Shown here one piece after another: positions 49,949-59,520 of a stretch of 64,000 nucleotides of DNA (position 1 is the first letter of the stretch; every line of letters starts with the position of its first letter). The notes under the pieces are model-generated. The model had not been told where the DNA came from. It saw only the letters and a program-made list of their open reading frames with translations, and did no database searches. A program made the translations under genes and the position numbers. Source of the DNA: Planctomycetota bacterium (GTDB lineage: Bacteria > Planctomycetota > UBA8108 > SXIK01); contig OZ244999.1 of assembly GCA_965223265.1 (NCBI GenBank), forward strand, positions 2,912,001 through 2,976,000. The letters run 5' to 3'.

Positions 49949-50168
49949 TTAGCTCGAGTTTGGCCGTTTCGCGTCGAGCCCAAGGAGCGACGACAACGCG
50001 ATCCCGCCGCGATCGTGGCGGAGGACGGGCGCAGGCATCGGCGCTCCTGGCCGGCGCGAAATGGCCAAACTGGCTGAGGATTTGGGCGAGCGAAGCCGAG
50101 TCCAAATCCTGAGTTCAACTCGAGGATAGGTCGGCGTGTTTGCGAATTCCGTGCCCGTCTCCCAGGGC

Positions 50169-51212
50169 TTAGTTCGTCGCGGCAGTGTTGACCTTCATGC
50201 GCTCGATCACCGCGTCGGCGAATTCCTCGGTTGTCAATTGACCGCCGAGATCGCGGGTCTTTTGCTCGGCCGCCAGAGCCTCGTCGTAGGCGGCGCGGAT
50301 CGTCTGTGCGCTCCGCGCCGCAGCTTGATCGGAGCGTGTCTCGGCGATGTGATTGAGCATCATGACAGCAGACATGAGAAGTGCGAGTGGGTTCGCTATC
50401 CCCTTTCCAGCGATGTCCGGAGCGGAGCCGTGAACCGCTTCAAAGACTGCGTGCTCGGCACTGATATTGGCTCCCGGGACGACCCCCAGACCGCCGACAA
50501 GCCCGGCGCACAGATCGCTCACGATGTCGCCGTAGAGGTTTTGCAGCAGGAGCAAGCCGAAGCGTGATGGATTCTGGACGATGTGCATGCAGCCGGCGTC
50601 GATGATGAGCTCATCGTATTCGAGTTGCGGGAATTCGCTGGCGTGAATGTCACGCGCGCAGCGAATGAACAGACCATCCGTAAGCTTCATGATGTTCGCC
50701 TTGTGGAACACCGTGACCTTTTTGATGTCGCGTTTCATCGCGTAGTTGAAACTCCAGCGAGCGATGCGTTGGCAGGCTTTTCGCGTGGCGATCTTGAGAC
50801 TGGTGACGACGCCGTCGGTGATCTCATTTTCGATGCCGCTGTAAAGGCCTTCGGTGTTCTCGCGCACAATCACGAGATCGACGTCGGTGTAGCGGGTTTG
50901 GACGCCGCTCAGCGATCGCACCGGGCGGACTGCTGCGTAGAGGTTGAGTTCCTTGCGCAGCTGAACGTTGACCGACGAGAAACCCTCGCCGACAGGTGTC
51001 GTGCAGGGTCCCTTGAGAGCTACTTTGTGACGCCGGATCGCTTCCAGGGTGCTCGCCGGCAGCAGATCGCCGTCGGCGTCCAGGGCGGCGAGGCCAGCTC
51101 GGTGCACGTCCCACTCGACGGGTGCACCGCTCGCCGCCAAGATGCGTTTGACCGCCTCCGTGACTTCTGGACCGATTCCGTCTCCGGGAATGAGTACAAC
51201 GGTGTGTGGCAT
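50169..51212 (-). CDS. Isocitrate/isopropylmalate dehydrogenase family (NAD-IDH-like)
   Basis: GDGIGPEV, SVNVQLRK, RENTEGLY, HKANIMK, NLYGDIVSD, EAVHGSAPDIAG. Confidence 0.9.
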   Translation of the reverse strand: MPHTVVLIPGDGIGPEVTEAVKRILAASGAPVEWDVHRAGLAALDADGDLLPASTLEAIRRHKVALKGPCTTPVGEGFSSVNVQLRKELNLYAAVRPVRSLSGVQTRYTDVDLVIVRENTEGLYSGIENEITDGVVTSLKIATRKACQRIARWSFNYAMKRDIKKVTVFHKANIMKLTDGLFIRCARDIHASEFPQLEYDELIIDAGCMHIVQNPSRFGLLLLQNLYGDIVSDLCAGLVGGLGVVPGANISAEHAVFEAVHGSAPDIAGKGIANPLALLMSAVMMLNHIAETRSDQAAARSAQTIRAAYDEALAAEQKTRDLGGQLTTEEFADAVIERMKVNTAATN

Positions 51213-51543
51213 CGAAAGTGTCTCCTAACAGGAATCTCAGCCGCTGCCCAAATACGAGCAGGAATCTCTGTCTTGTATCGTCGATCGGTTTGCGTTCCCA
51301 CAACCAGAGTCGCGGTCATCCGTTTTTTTCGCCACGTGAGCGTTCGCGCAGGGCGGCGAGCGCATCGTCAACCGTAACGATCGGCACGCGTTGCTGCGTC
51401 GTTGCAGGGTCGGTCGGAGAGCCGTTTTCGGAACACTTGAGCTTGAAGTGGGCTCACAGCACCCCTGCGCAGGGAGCGCGTTGCCGCCGCGGTTTCAGCG
51501 CAGCTGACGGCGTTCGGTGCGCCGATCCGAGTGTCTCTTGACA

Positions 51544-52125
51544 CTATTCCTTGCAGGCGTTGGGGGCGGAATCTGGGAGCCGCGCCAGTTCGTCTTCCAC
51601 CGCGGCGGCAACGTGTTGCCACGCCGGCGGCAGTCTTGGCTTCAGAACGGCGACGACTTCTCGCGTGCGCCGCATCAGCCGTGCCCGGGCGGTCGCGGAA
51701 ATCGAGTCGGAATCGAGGAGATTGTCGAAGCAATCTGCTAGCTTGCAGATTTGGACCTCGGTCGACGCGGCCGCAAGCGCTTCAAGGTACGCCGTCTCGC
51801 GGGCGCTTTCCGGCAGTCGTTTGTCCTTCGTCAGCCGGCTGACGTACTCTCCGACACGCCGGCCGAAGGCCGACTCGATCTCGTCGCGGTCGACGGTGGT
51901 GTCCTCGATGGTGTCGTGGAGGAGCGCTGTGGTCAAAACCTCGGGGTCGGTGACGCCGAACACCCGCATCAAAATCAGCGCCACGCGCGTTGGATGCGCG
52001 GCGTAGGGAGTCATCCCGTCTTTACGAAGCTGCCCCTCGTGGGCTCGCGCCGCGTGCGAAACTGCCCTCAGTGTCCGCGCGAAATCGGGGTCGAGGCGGC
52101 GAGCCTTGTCTTCGTTCATATTCAC
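51544..52125 (-). CDS. Stand-alone RelA/SpoT-type HD hydrolase (small alarmone hydrolase / Mesh1-like)
   Basis: H.GQ.RKDG..PY..HP, LLHDTIEDT, LTKD, KLAD..DN. Confidence 0.8.
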   Translation of the reverse strand: MNMNEDKARRLDPDFARTLRAVSHAARAHEGQLRKDGMTPYAAHPTRVALILMRVFGVTDPEVLTTALLHDTIEDTTVDRDEIESAFGRRVGEYVSRLTKDKRLPESARETAYLEALAAASTEVQICKLADCFDNLLDSDSISATARARLMRRTREVVAVLKPRLPPAWQHVAAAVEDELARLPDSAPNACKE

Positions 52126-52189
52126 GCCGAGACGAGACTGACTGTGCGTGCAGGAAGGTTGCAGAGGCGAAAGTCTGTCAACTCGGCTG

Positions 52190-52411
52190 CTAGCGCCGTC
52201 TGCGACGCTGCAGAGCGCGTTTCAATTCCTTCATCGCCTGACGCTTCGCTTCTTTCGACCGGCGGCGCTGCTTGTCGGAAGGTTTCTCGTAGTAACGTCG
52301 CCGTTTGATCTCTTTGAAGACGCCTTCTTTAGCGCATAAGCGCTTGAAGCGCTGAAAGAAGCGTTCCGGCGGCTCGCCGTAGCGAATCGTCACCTTGATC
52401 ACGCTGTTCAC
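52190..52411 (-). CDS. rpsU: 30S ribosomal protein bS21
   Basis: RFKR...KEG...E..RRRYYEKPS. Confidence 0.93.
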   Translation of the reverse strand: MNSVIKVTIRYGEPPERFFQRFKRLCAKEGVFKEIKRRRYYEKPSDKQRRRSKEAKRQAMKELKRALQRRRRR

Positions 52412-52562
52412 CTCTTCGGGGAGTTGTTGATGGAGGGCTGGGGGGAGTCCTTGAGAGACGCGTCCTGCAAAGCCCGAAACCTACTCTTGTACCTTTTTGG
52501 CGACCATTTGACAACCCGCAGGGTTCAGGGCCGGCAGCGCCAACCGCGCTCGGCGCTGTTTG

Positions 52563-53039
52563 TTACGACCGGGAGGTAGGGGGCGCGTCAGCTGCCACGA
52601 CGGTCAAAAGGCCTTTTGCTGCGATTTCCCCTGCCACGGTTGCCTCGACTGCGAACCGCGCCAAGCTGCCAAAGGCGGCGTCTAAAGTGGCGGAAAGGTC
52701 AATCGACTCCCCGGGGCGAATCAGTCGCAGAAACCTCATGCGGTTGACCTCGGCAAGGTAGCCCCGGATCGGGCTTCCTCCCGGTGCCATGAGCGCCACG
52801 CCGGCGACCTGTGCCAGCGCCTCGATCAGAGCTACGCCCGGCACCAGTGGATTTCCAGGCAGGTGCCCGTCGAAAACGCGGTGGCCTGGCGGAAAGGTGA
52901 CACTGCCGACGACCGACTTGCCGACGCTGACCTGATGGATCGTGTCGACGAGGAGCGCCGGTGGGCGCTGCGGGAGATTGCGGAGAAGTTGAGCTGGCTG
53001 CGTGAGTGCCGCAGCGTCTGGGGGGTCTGGCATGCTCAT
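52563..53039 (-). CDS. FabZ/FabA-like hotdog dehydratase
   Basis: LPQRPP.LLVD, FDGHLPGNPLVPGVALIEALAQ, RF...IRPG; 4-nt overlap with hcrB-like gene. Confidence 0.8.
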   Translation of the reverse strand: MSMPDPPDAAALTQPAQLLRNLPQRPPALLVDTIHQVSVGKSVVGSVTFPPGHRVFDGHLPGNPLVPGVALIEALAQVAGVALMAPGGSPIRGYLAEVNRMRFLRLIRPGESIDLSATLDAAFGSLARFAVEATVAGEIAAKGLLTVVAADAPPTSRS

Positions 53040-54034
53040 GGCGTCGTCCCCAGCGAGCGTAATCCGTCGCGTGCCATGAGTCCAACACGCAGGCGCCGAT
53101 GGGCTGGGCTCAGAGGGCCCCCGGTGTTGAGAGGTGTGGTGTGGCTACGCACAAGCTCCGCCGCCGCTGCGAGGCGTTCTTCGTCGTCGAGGCGCGCGTT
53201 TTCGAGCTCGGCGGCGGCGGCGCGCACAAGAAATGGTCTCGGGGCGACTGCGGTGAGCGCGACGCGCACATCACGCATCGTGACACCTCGCTCCAGGCGC
53301 GCAGCGATTGCGACCCCCGCCAGAGGAAAATCGATGGCGCCGCGACGGCGAAGTTTCTCGTAACGTCCGCTGAGCGATCGACGGCGCGGTGGGATCAGAA
53401 GGTCCGTCAGGATTTCGTCGGCCCCGAGGTCGAACTTCGCGATGCCATCGTCGACGAAGAAGGCGTCCAGCGGCACGACTCTTGCCTCATCTCGTCGCCG
53501 TAGCTGAACGCTCGCATCCAGAGTGAGAAGTGCGGGCGCCAAGTCGCCCGAGGCGACAGCCCAGCACAGATCGCTTGCCGGCGCGACGTGGCAGCGATCG
53601 CCATCTTTCTTCAGGCAGAAGCCGCACGCCTGACGCCAACCATACGGCTGGTTGTACCAATGACACCGCGTCTCCAAGCAGACATTACCACCGATGGTGC
53701 CCATACGTCGTAGCGTTGGCGCTGAGATCGTCTGGGCAGCCTGGGCCAGCACCGCCAGCTCGCGGCGTACGAACTCGTCGGCAGCCAGCTGCGCAATGGT
53801 CGTTAGCGCGCCGATTCTCACTGTTCCATCCCTGAGCACGGAGACACCTCGCAGCTCTGTGAGGCGAGCCAGCGAGATCAGAGCGCGTGGTGTCTCGAGT
53901 CGTTGTCTGAGGTTGACGACGAGGTCGGTGCCGCCGGCGATGAGGCGCCCCGAGGCGCCGAGGTCGGCACGCTGCGCCAGCGCCTCGTGGAGCGACTTGG
54001 GACGCAGCAGCTGAAACGATGGTAGAGTCGCCAT
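53036..54034 (-). CDS. hcrB: 4-hydroxybenzoyl-CoA reductase beta-like subunit (FAD + [4Fe-4S])
   Basis: AGGTDL, TIGGN, and insert C-x15-C-x7-C-x8-C (RCHWYNQ...CLKKDGDRCHV...C) characteristic of HcrB/HbaD. Confidence 0.75.
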   Translation of the reverse strand: MATLPSFQLLRPKSLHEALAQRADLGASGRLIAGGTDLVVNLRQRLETPRALISLARLTELRGVSVLRDGTVRIGALTTIAQLAADEFVRRELAVLAQAAQTISAPTLRRMGTIGGNVCLETRCHWYNQPYGWRQACGFCLKKDGDRCHVAPASDLCWAVASGDLAPALLTLDASVQLRRRDEARVVPLDAFFVDDGIAKFDLGADEILTDLLIPPRRRSLSGRYEKLRRRGAIDFPLAGVAIAARLERGVTMRDVRVALTAVAPRPFLVRAAAAELENARLDDEERLAAAAELVRSHTTPLNTGGPLSPAHRRLRVGLMARDGLRSLGTTP

Positions 54035-54037
54035 GGC

Positions 54038-56443
54038 CTATCCGCTCACATCCGACACTGGTGCTCCGCGGCGCTGCGGACTGGCTGCGGGGCGGCCGCA
54101 ACCCGACGTAGCGGGATTGCGCAGAGCTCGAAGGATTCGCTCAGGTGAGAGCGGCAGTTCGGTCACCCACACGCCGATGGCGTCATGGATCGCATTTGTG
54201 AGCGCTGGGAGGATCGCCGCGAGCGAGCCCTCTCCTGCCTCCTTGGCGCCGAACGGACCCTCGGGGTCCGAGCTCTCGACAAGATGAATCTCGATATCCG
54301 GTGAGTCGACGCTCGTTGGCATCTTGTACTCGAGCAGACCTGGATTGAACGACAAGCCCTGGGGTGAGAAGTGCTGCTCTTCCCAGAGCGCTTGACCGAT
54401 TCCCATCCAGATCGAACCGCGCACTTGGCCCTCGACGGCGAGAGGGTTGATCGCCTTGCCGCAATCATGCGCTGCCCACACCTTGACGATGGAGACTTCG
54501 CCGCTTTCGACATCGACTTCGACCTCAACGACCTGGGCCGCGTAGCTGTAGGCGACGCCGGGACCGACGCCAGCACCACGAAACGTGCCGCCCTTCGCCG
54601 CGCGTGGGGGAGAGTAGGAACCGGTCGTGACCAGCGGCCCATCCGCCGAAACTGCGAGCCTGACTGCGTCGCGAAACGACAGCGACCGCGCCCCGTCTTG
54701 CCAGCCGACGATGCGGCCGCGTTCGAGCCGTAGCTCATTCGTAGGCACGCCAAGCGCCTTTGCCGCGGCGAGTACCAGGCGCTCTCGCATGCGATTGGCC
54801 GCCTCCAGCGCGGCGTTGCCGGCCATGAAGGTGACGCGGGACGCGTAAGTGCCGAGGTCCACCGGCGTCAAGAGGGTGTCGCCTGAGATGACCCGGATAT
54901 CGTCGCAGCGCAGCGCGAGGGCCTCGGCCGTGATCATCGCCAGCAGCGTGTCACTGCCCTGACCGAGCTCGGTTGTGCCGACGAAGAGGGTCAACTTGCC
55001 GTCGCGATCGGTCTCGAGTTTCACCGTCGAGTGGGGCTGCGATCCACGAACGATTGCGTTGGACGCGCCGCTGACGTAGTGGCTGGCGCCGAAACCGATG
55101 CCGCGGCCGTATGGCAAGCGCCCGCGACGATCTTTCCACTTCGATGCGCGCTCAACGACTTCGATACACTCGGGGAGACCATAGCTAGTGACGCGGAGAT
55201 CATTGATGGTTCGCGATCCGGCGGTGAGGAAGTTGCGGCGCCGTAGTTCCAGTGGGTCCATACCCAGTGCGACCGCGCCGCGATCCAAGAGTGACTCGAA
55301 GGCGTGGCGTGCGGCAATCGTTCCGTGCCCTCGCATCGGACCGCAGGCAGGCTTGTTCGTGAGCACGCGGTAGCCATCGAAGCGTAGGTTGTCGACCGCG
55401 TAGAGAGCGCAGAGCAGAGCGCCCGAGTAGAGAATCGTCACCACGCCGTAGCTGCAGTAAGCGCCGCCGTCTTGAAACGTCTCACACTCGACGGCGCGAA
55501 CGCGTCCTTCTTTGCTGAAGCCGACCCGCATGTGAATTCTGCTTTCAGGTCGACCGCGGTGTAGGAGAAACACCTCGTGCCGGTCGAGTATGAATCGGAC
55601 TGGCCGACCCGTCCGACGAGCCAGCAGCGCGGCGGCAACATCTGCGGGAAACGTTTCCGACTTGCCGCCGAAGCCGCCGCCGACGGCGCATGGAATGACC
55701 CGAATGGACGGCTCGGCGATCTCGAGCGCTCGGGCGACACCCCGTTGAACGTGCCGAGCCGTCTGCGTCGAGGTCCATAGGGTATAGCGGTTGCCGTCTT
55801 CGTAGCGTGCGACCGTGCCGTGCGGTTCGAGTGCTGCGTGAGTAACCCGCGGGTGAAAGAACGTGTCCTCAACGATGACGTCAGCCGCATCAAACTCAGC
55901 AGCTGGATCGCCGAAGACGTGATGGTACGACTTTTCCACGTTGCGCGGCCGGTTTGCGTGAATCGGCTCGGCATCGACTTTCAGGGCGGTGTCAAGATCG
56001 AGATAGGGCGGAAGAATCTCGTAGGCGACCTGCAGTTGTTCGACTGCTCTCTCCGCTGCCTCAGCACTTGTCGCTGCGACCGCCGCAACCTCCTGCCCGG
56101 CATAGCGGACCTTGTCGGTGGCGAGAGCGGTTTCGTCGTGTCCCACTGGAAGGACTCCGTAGCGCCGTGGAGTGTCGCGGCCGGTGATAATGGCTTTGAC
56201 ACCGGGGACGCGGAGAGCTGCGCTTGTGTCAATCGAGACGACCCTGGCGTGGGCATGCGGGCTGCGAAGGAACTTCCCCTGCAGCATGCCAGGCAAGCGA
56301 ACGTCTTCGACGAAGGTGACGCCACCGCTGGCTCGTGCCGCCCCGTCGAGCAGGGGCGCGTCCGCACCGATGTTTCGCGTTCGGCGCCCGACGTCGTCTT
56401 GGTTCCGTTCTCCTTCCTTCTCCTCTTCGCGCCTCATGCTCAC
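54038..56443 (-). CDS. hcrA: 4-hydroxybenzoyl-CoA reductase alpha-like molybdopterin subunit (xanthine oxidase family)
   Basis: GGGFGGK, YGVVTILYSGALL, CGPMRGHG, ELGQGS, GTYASRVT, GPFGAKEAGEG. Confidence 0.72.
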   Translation of the reverse strand: MSMRREEEKEGERNQDDVGRRTRNIGADAPLLDGAARASGGVTFVEDVRLPGMLQGKFLRSPHAHARVVSIDTSAALRVPGVKAIITGRDTPRRYGVLPVGHDETALATDKVRYAGQEVAAVAATSAEAAERAVEQLQVAYEILPPYLDLDTALKVDAEPIHANRPRNVEKSYHHVFGDPAAEFDAADVIVEDTFFHPRVTHAALEPHGTVARYEDGNRYTLWTSTQTARHVQRGVARALEIAEPSIRVIPCAVGGGFGGKSETFPADVAAALLARRTGRPVRFILDRHEVFLLHRGRPESRIHMRVGFSKEGRVRAVECETFQDGGAYCSYGVVTILYSGALLCALYAVDNLRFDGYRVLTNKPACGPMRGHGTIAARHAFESLLDRGAVALGMDPLELRRRNFLTAGSRTINDLRVTSYGLPECIEVVERASKWKDRRGRLPYGRGIGFGASHYVSGASNAIVRGSQPHSTVKLETDRDGKLTLFVGTTELGQGSDTLLAMITAEALALRCDDIRVISGDTLLTPVDLGTYASRVTFMAGNAALEAANRMRERLVLAAAKALGVPTNELRLERGRIVGWQDGARSLSFRDAVRLAVSADGPLVTTGSYSPPRAAKGGTFRGAGVGPGVAYSYAAQVVEVEVDVESGEVSIVKVWAAHDCGKAINPLAVEGQVRGSIWMGIGQALWEEQHFSPQGLSFNPGLLEYKMPTSVDSPDIEIHLVESSDPEGPFGAKEAGEGSLAAILPALTNAIHDAIGVWVTELPLSPERILRALRNPATSGCGRPAASPQRRGAPVSDVSG

Positions 56444-56485
56444 TTCTCATGCTTCGCGGCCTGTAGTGGCCGGCGGTCTCGGGTC

Positions 56486-57016
56486 TCAGCTGAGTGATCG
56501 GTCCGGCGGGTTGACCGTCGCCGGCGGTGAAATCCTTTCAGAACGTTGAAGCCTCTGGGCCGCTTCGCGTACGGCTTCGACGATTGGAGTGTAGCCGGTG
56601 CAGCGACAGAGATTGCCCGCGAGCGCCTGGCGAGCCGCCGCCTCCGTGAGTGTGTCGCCGCGCTCGACGAGCGCCGCCGCAGTCATGATGATGCCGGGCG
56701 TACAGTAGCCGCACTGAAGCCCGCCGGACTCGACCAACGCGCTCTGCAGCGCGCTGAGTCGCTCGTCGTTGTTGAAGTTCTCGACAGTGGTGACGGCTGC
56801 CCCTTCTGCCAAGAGCGCCAGAAACACACAAGCCAACACGGGTTCGCCGTCGACGAGGACGGTACACGCGGCACAGCTGGCATCATCACAGCCTCGCTTG
56901 GTCCCAGTCAGATCAAGCTCGTCCCGCAGCACCTCGAGGAGCGTCTGCTGATGCTGAACCGCTACCTGCTGCGCGTCGCCGTTGACTTGGAAAGAAAGCA
57001 GCTCCTTTCCGTTCAT
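56486..57016 (-). CDS. hcrC: [2Fe-2S] gamma subunit of the xanthine-oxidase-family enzyme
   Basis: GTKRGC...CAACTV, QCGYCTPG, NLCRCTGY. Confidence 0.75.
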   Translation of the reverse strand: MNGKELLSFQVNGDAQQVAVQHQQTLLEVLRDELDLTGTKRGCDDASCAACTVLVDGEPVLACVFLALLAEGAAVTTVENFNNDERLSALQSALVESGGLQCGYCTPGIIMTAAALVERGDTLTEAAARQALAGNLCRCTGYTPIVEAVREAAQRLQRSERISPPATVNPPDRSLS

Positions 57017-57184
57017 GGCCGGGCATGTTAACAGAAACCAGTTACGGTTAGAATTGTCGATTCACAGGAAATCGGCGCCGCGAACGAGCAGAGTGACGCA
57101 GCGAGATCGGCTGCGAGAGACGTCTTGACGCGGCGATAGGCGACTGGTCGCATCGTGGTCGGAGCCACGTGGGAGGGAGATGAG

Positions 57185-59224
57185 ATGGCTATGTCCGTGA
57201 CTTCGGTGGTCGTGTTGAGCGTATTCACGACGGCGGCAGCGCCAGACCTTTCGACTCTTGTTTTCACGGACACTGCGGTCGAGAGGGTCGCAACAGGTTT
57301 CTCGTTTGTCGAAGGGCCGGCGTGGAGCCCGGACGGATATTTGCTCTTCAGTGACATCCCCGCCAGCCGCGTCCTGCGTTTCGTGGGTCGTAACGAGGTG
57401 GCGAGTGTGCTCTCACCTTCCGGCAAGGCGAACGGTTTGGTGTTCGATTCCGGTGGCAACCTCTATTTGTGCCAAGGCGGCGCGCGCCGCGTCTCTAAGC
57501 TCTCTAGCGACGGCAAGCTGGAGCCGCTCGCGACGGCGTTCAACGGACGTCGATTCAATAGTCCGAATGATCTGGCGCTCGACGGTGCCGGCGGCATCTA
57601 CTTCACCGATCCCCGGTACGGAAGTAAGGACGGCATGGAGCAAGAAGTCATGGCTGTCTACTACATTGACCGCCGTGGCAAAGTCACACGGGTGATCGAC
57701 GACTTGATCCGACCCAACGGCATTTTGGTCAGCCTCGACGGGCAGCAGCTCTACGTCGCCGAGCCTGACCTGCGGCAGCTGCGAAGCTACCCCATCGAAA
57801 GGGCTGGGGTTGTGGGCGACGCCATGGTGCTCTTCACTGGGGATGCAGAGATCGACGGGTACGGTCCCGACGGTATGGCTCTCGACGTGCTCGGCAACGT
57901 CTACACTACGTATCGCGGCGTCGTCGTTCTCACGGCAACCGGGGAACTGGTCGGTCGGATCGATATTCCCGAGAACCCAGCGAATTGCACCTTCGGCGGC
58001 GAGGAGTTGAAGACATTGTTCGTCACCGCGCAGAAAAGCCTCTATCAGGTGAGGATGCGCGTCGCCGGGGCCCAGGCTGTTTCTTTCGAGATGGCGAAGG
58101 AGTCGCAGCGACCGGCGCCGCGATTTGAATCGGTCGTCATAGACGCTGGGGTCGGCATAGGTTACGGCGTTGCTGCCGAGGACGTGAACGGCGACGCTCT
58201 CACTGACGTGGTTCTGGTCGATCGCGACGTGGTGGCGTGGTATCGCAACCCTACGTGGGAACGGCAAGTCGTGGCGCAGCGACTCTCCGCGAAAGATCAC
58301 GTCTGTATCGCGGTGCGCGATACAGACGGCGACGGACGGGCCGAGGTGGCGGTGGGTGGCGAGTGGAATCCGCGCGACACGGTGACCAGCGGCAGCCTTC
58401 ACTACCTTCACCGCGGCGCTGACGCATCGGCGCCTTGGTCGACCGTCGATCTGCCGGCGGAGCCGACGGTCCATCGCATGCGCTGGATTCGTCGCGAGGA
58501 CGGCCACATGGATCTCTTGGTTGTGCCGCTCCACGGACGGCGAAATGTCGGCGGCGAGGGCCTCGGTGTGCGGACGTTCCTGTATGAACGTCCCGCGGAC
58601 CCGCGCACTCCGTGGGGCCGCACCCTCGTCTCCTGGCAGCTGCACATGACGCATAACCTCGACCCGGTCCAATGGGACGAGGACTCTGCCGAGGAGTTTG
58701 TCGTTGCGGCTCGCGAGGGTCTTTTTCTCTTCGATCGAACCGATGGTGGCTGGAGGCGGCAGCAACTGGCGGGCGGCGCGGAGTTTTCGGGAGCTAGCGA
58801 GGTGAGGGTTGGACGTCTTGCGAGCGGCCGGCGATTTCTTGCCAGCATCGAGCCGTTTCACGGCAATCAACTCGTCGTCTATACCCCGCCGGCCGTGGCT
58901 GGCGGCTTGTGGGTGCGCCAGGTGATCGACGACGGGCTGAACGGTGGCCACGCCGTCGCTTGTGGAGATTTCATCGGCGCCGGCGGCGACCAGATCGTGG
59001 CTGGGTGGCGACTTCCTAACGCGGACGGCGAAGTGGGGATTCGTCACTATACACCGCTGGATGCCGACGGCCGTCGCTGGCACGCCGCAGCGATCGATCG
59101 CAACACCATGGCTTGTGAAGATCTGAGGCTCGCAGACTTCGACGCCGATGGTCGGCTCGATCTCGTTGCCGCAGGTCGCGCGACGAAGAATCTAACCATC
59201 TATTTCAACCGGTCAGGCCGCTGA
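57185..59224 (+). CDS. Fusion of SMP-30/gluconolactonase and FG-GAP-type (aldos-2-ulose dehydratase-like) beta-propeller, secreted
   Basis: N-half EGPAW, NSPND, PNG, PDG, NCTFGG; C-half DVNGD, WYRNPTW, HRMRW, EPFHGNQ, DFDADG. Confidence 0.75.
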   Translation: MAMSVTSVVVLSVFTTAAAPDLSTLVFTDTAVERVATGFSFVEGPAWSPDGYLLFSDIPASRVLRFVGRNEVASVLSPSGKANGLVFDSGGNLYLCQGGARRVSKLSSDGKLEPLATAFNGRRFNSPNDLALDGAGGIYFTDPRYGSKDGMEQEVMAVYYIDRRGKVTRVIDDLIRPNGILVSLDGQQLYVAEPDLRQLRSYPIERAGVVGDAMVLFTGDAEIDGYGPDGMALDVLGNVYTTYRGVVVLTATGELVGRIDIPENPANCTFGGEELKTLFVTAQKSLYQVRMRVAGAQAVSFEMAKESQRPAPRFESVVIDAGVGIGYGVAAEDVNGDALTDVVLVDRDVVAWYRNPTWERQVVAQRLSAKDHVCIAVRDTDGDGRAEVAVGGEWNPRDTVTSGSLHYLHRGADASAPWSTVDLPAEPTVHRMRWIRREDGHMDLLVVPLHGRRNVGGEGLGVRTFLYERPADPRTPWGRTLVSWQLHMTHNLDPVQWDEDSAEEFVVAAREGLFLFDRTDGGWRRQQLAGGAEFSGASEVRVGRLASGRRFLASIEPFHGNQLVVYTPPAVAGGLWVRQVIDDGLNGGHAVACGDFIGAGGDQIVAGWRLPNADGEVGIRHYTPLDADGRRWHAAAIDRNTMACEDLRLADFDADGRLDLVAAGRATKNLTIYFNRSGR

Positions 59225-59520
59225 GCTCCTCGAGGCACGATCACGGACGGTCCGCAACGGCTCGAACGAGCACTCCGCCGTGATCTGGACGGCGCCGCGG
59301 TGCTCCCGGTCTGTCCCGCCTACTACGGCGCGGCGAGCGGCTGGACGTCTAAATCGGACCTTTGGTGCGGTTGTAAGGTTCTCTCCCCATTATGGTTACA
59401 TAGTAAGGTCGGTGGAAGTTGAACTACCCAACGCGAGTCGAACAGATAGAATGACCGATACAGGAGTCGATACGGAGTCTCGACAATTCGGCGCACCCAG
59501 GCCCGCGAGAGCGACAGACC

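Noticed and set aside
57413-59083. 556-aa minus-strand ORF
   Set aside because: Antisense to a well-supported gene, no motifs; typical high-GC shadow ORF
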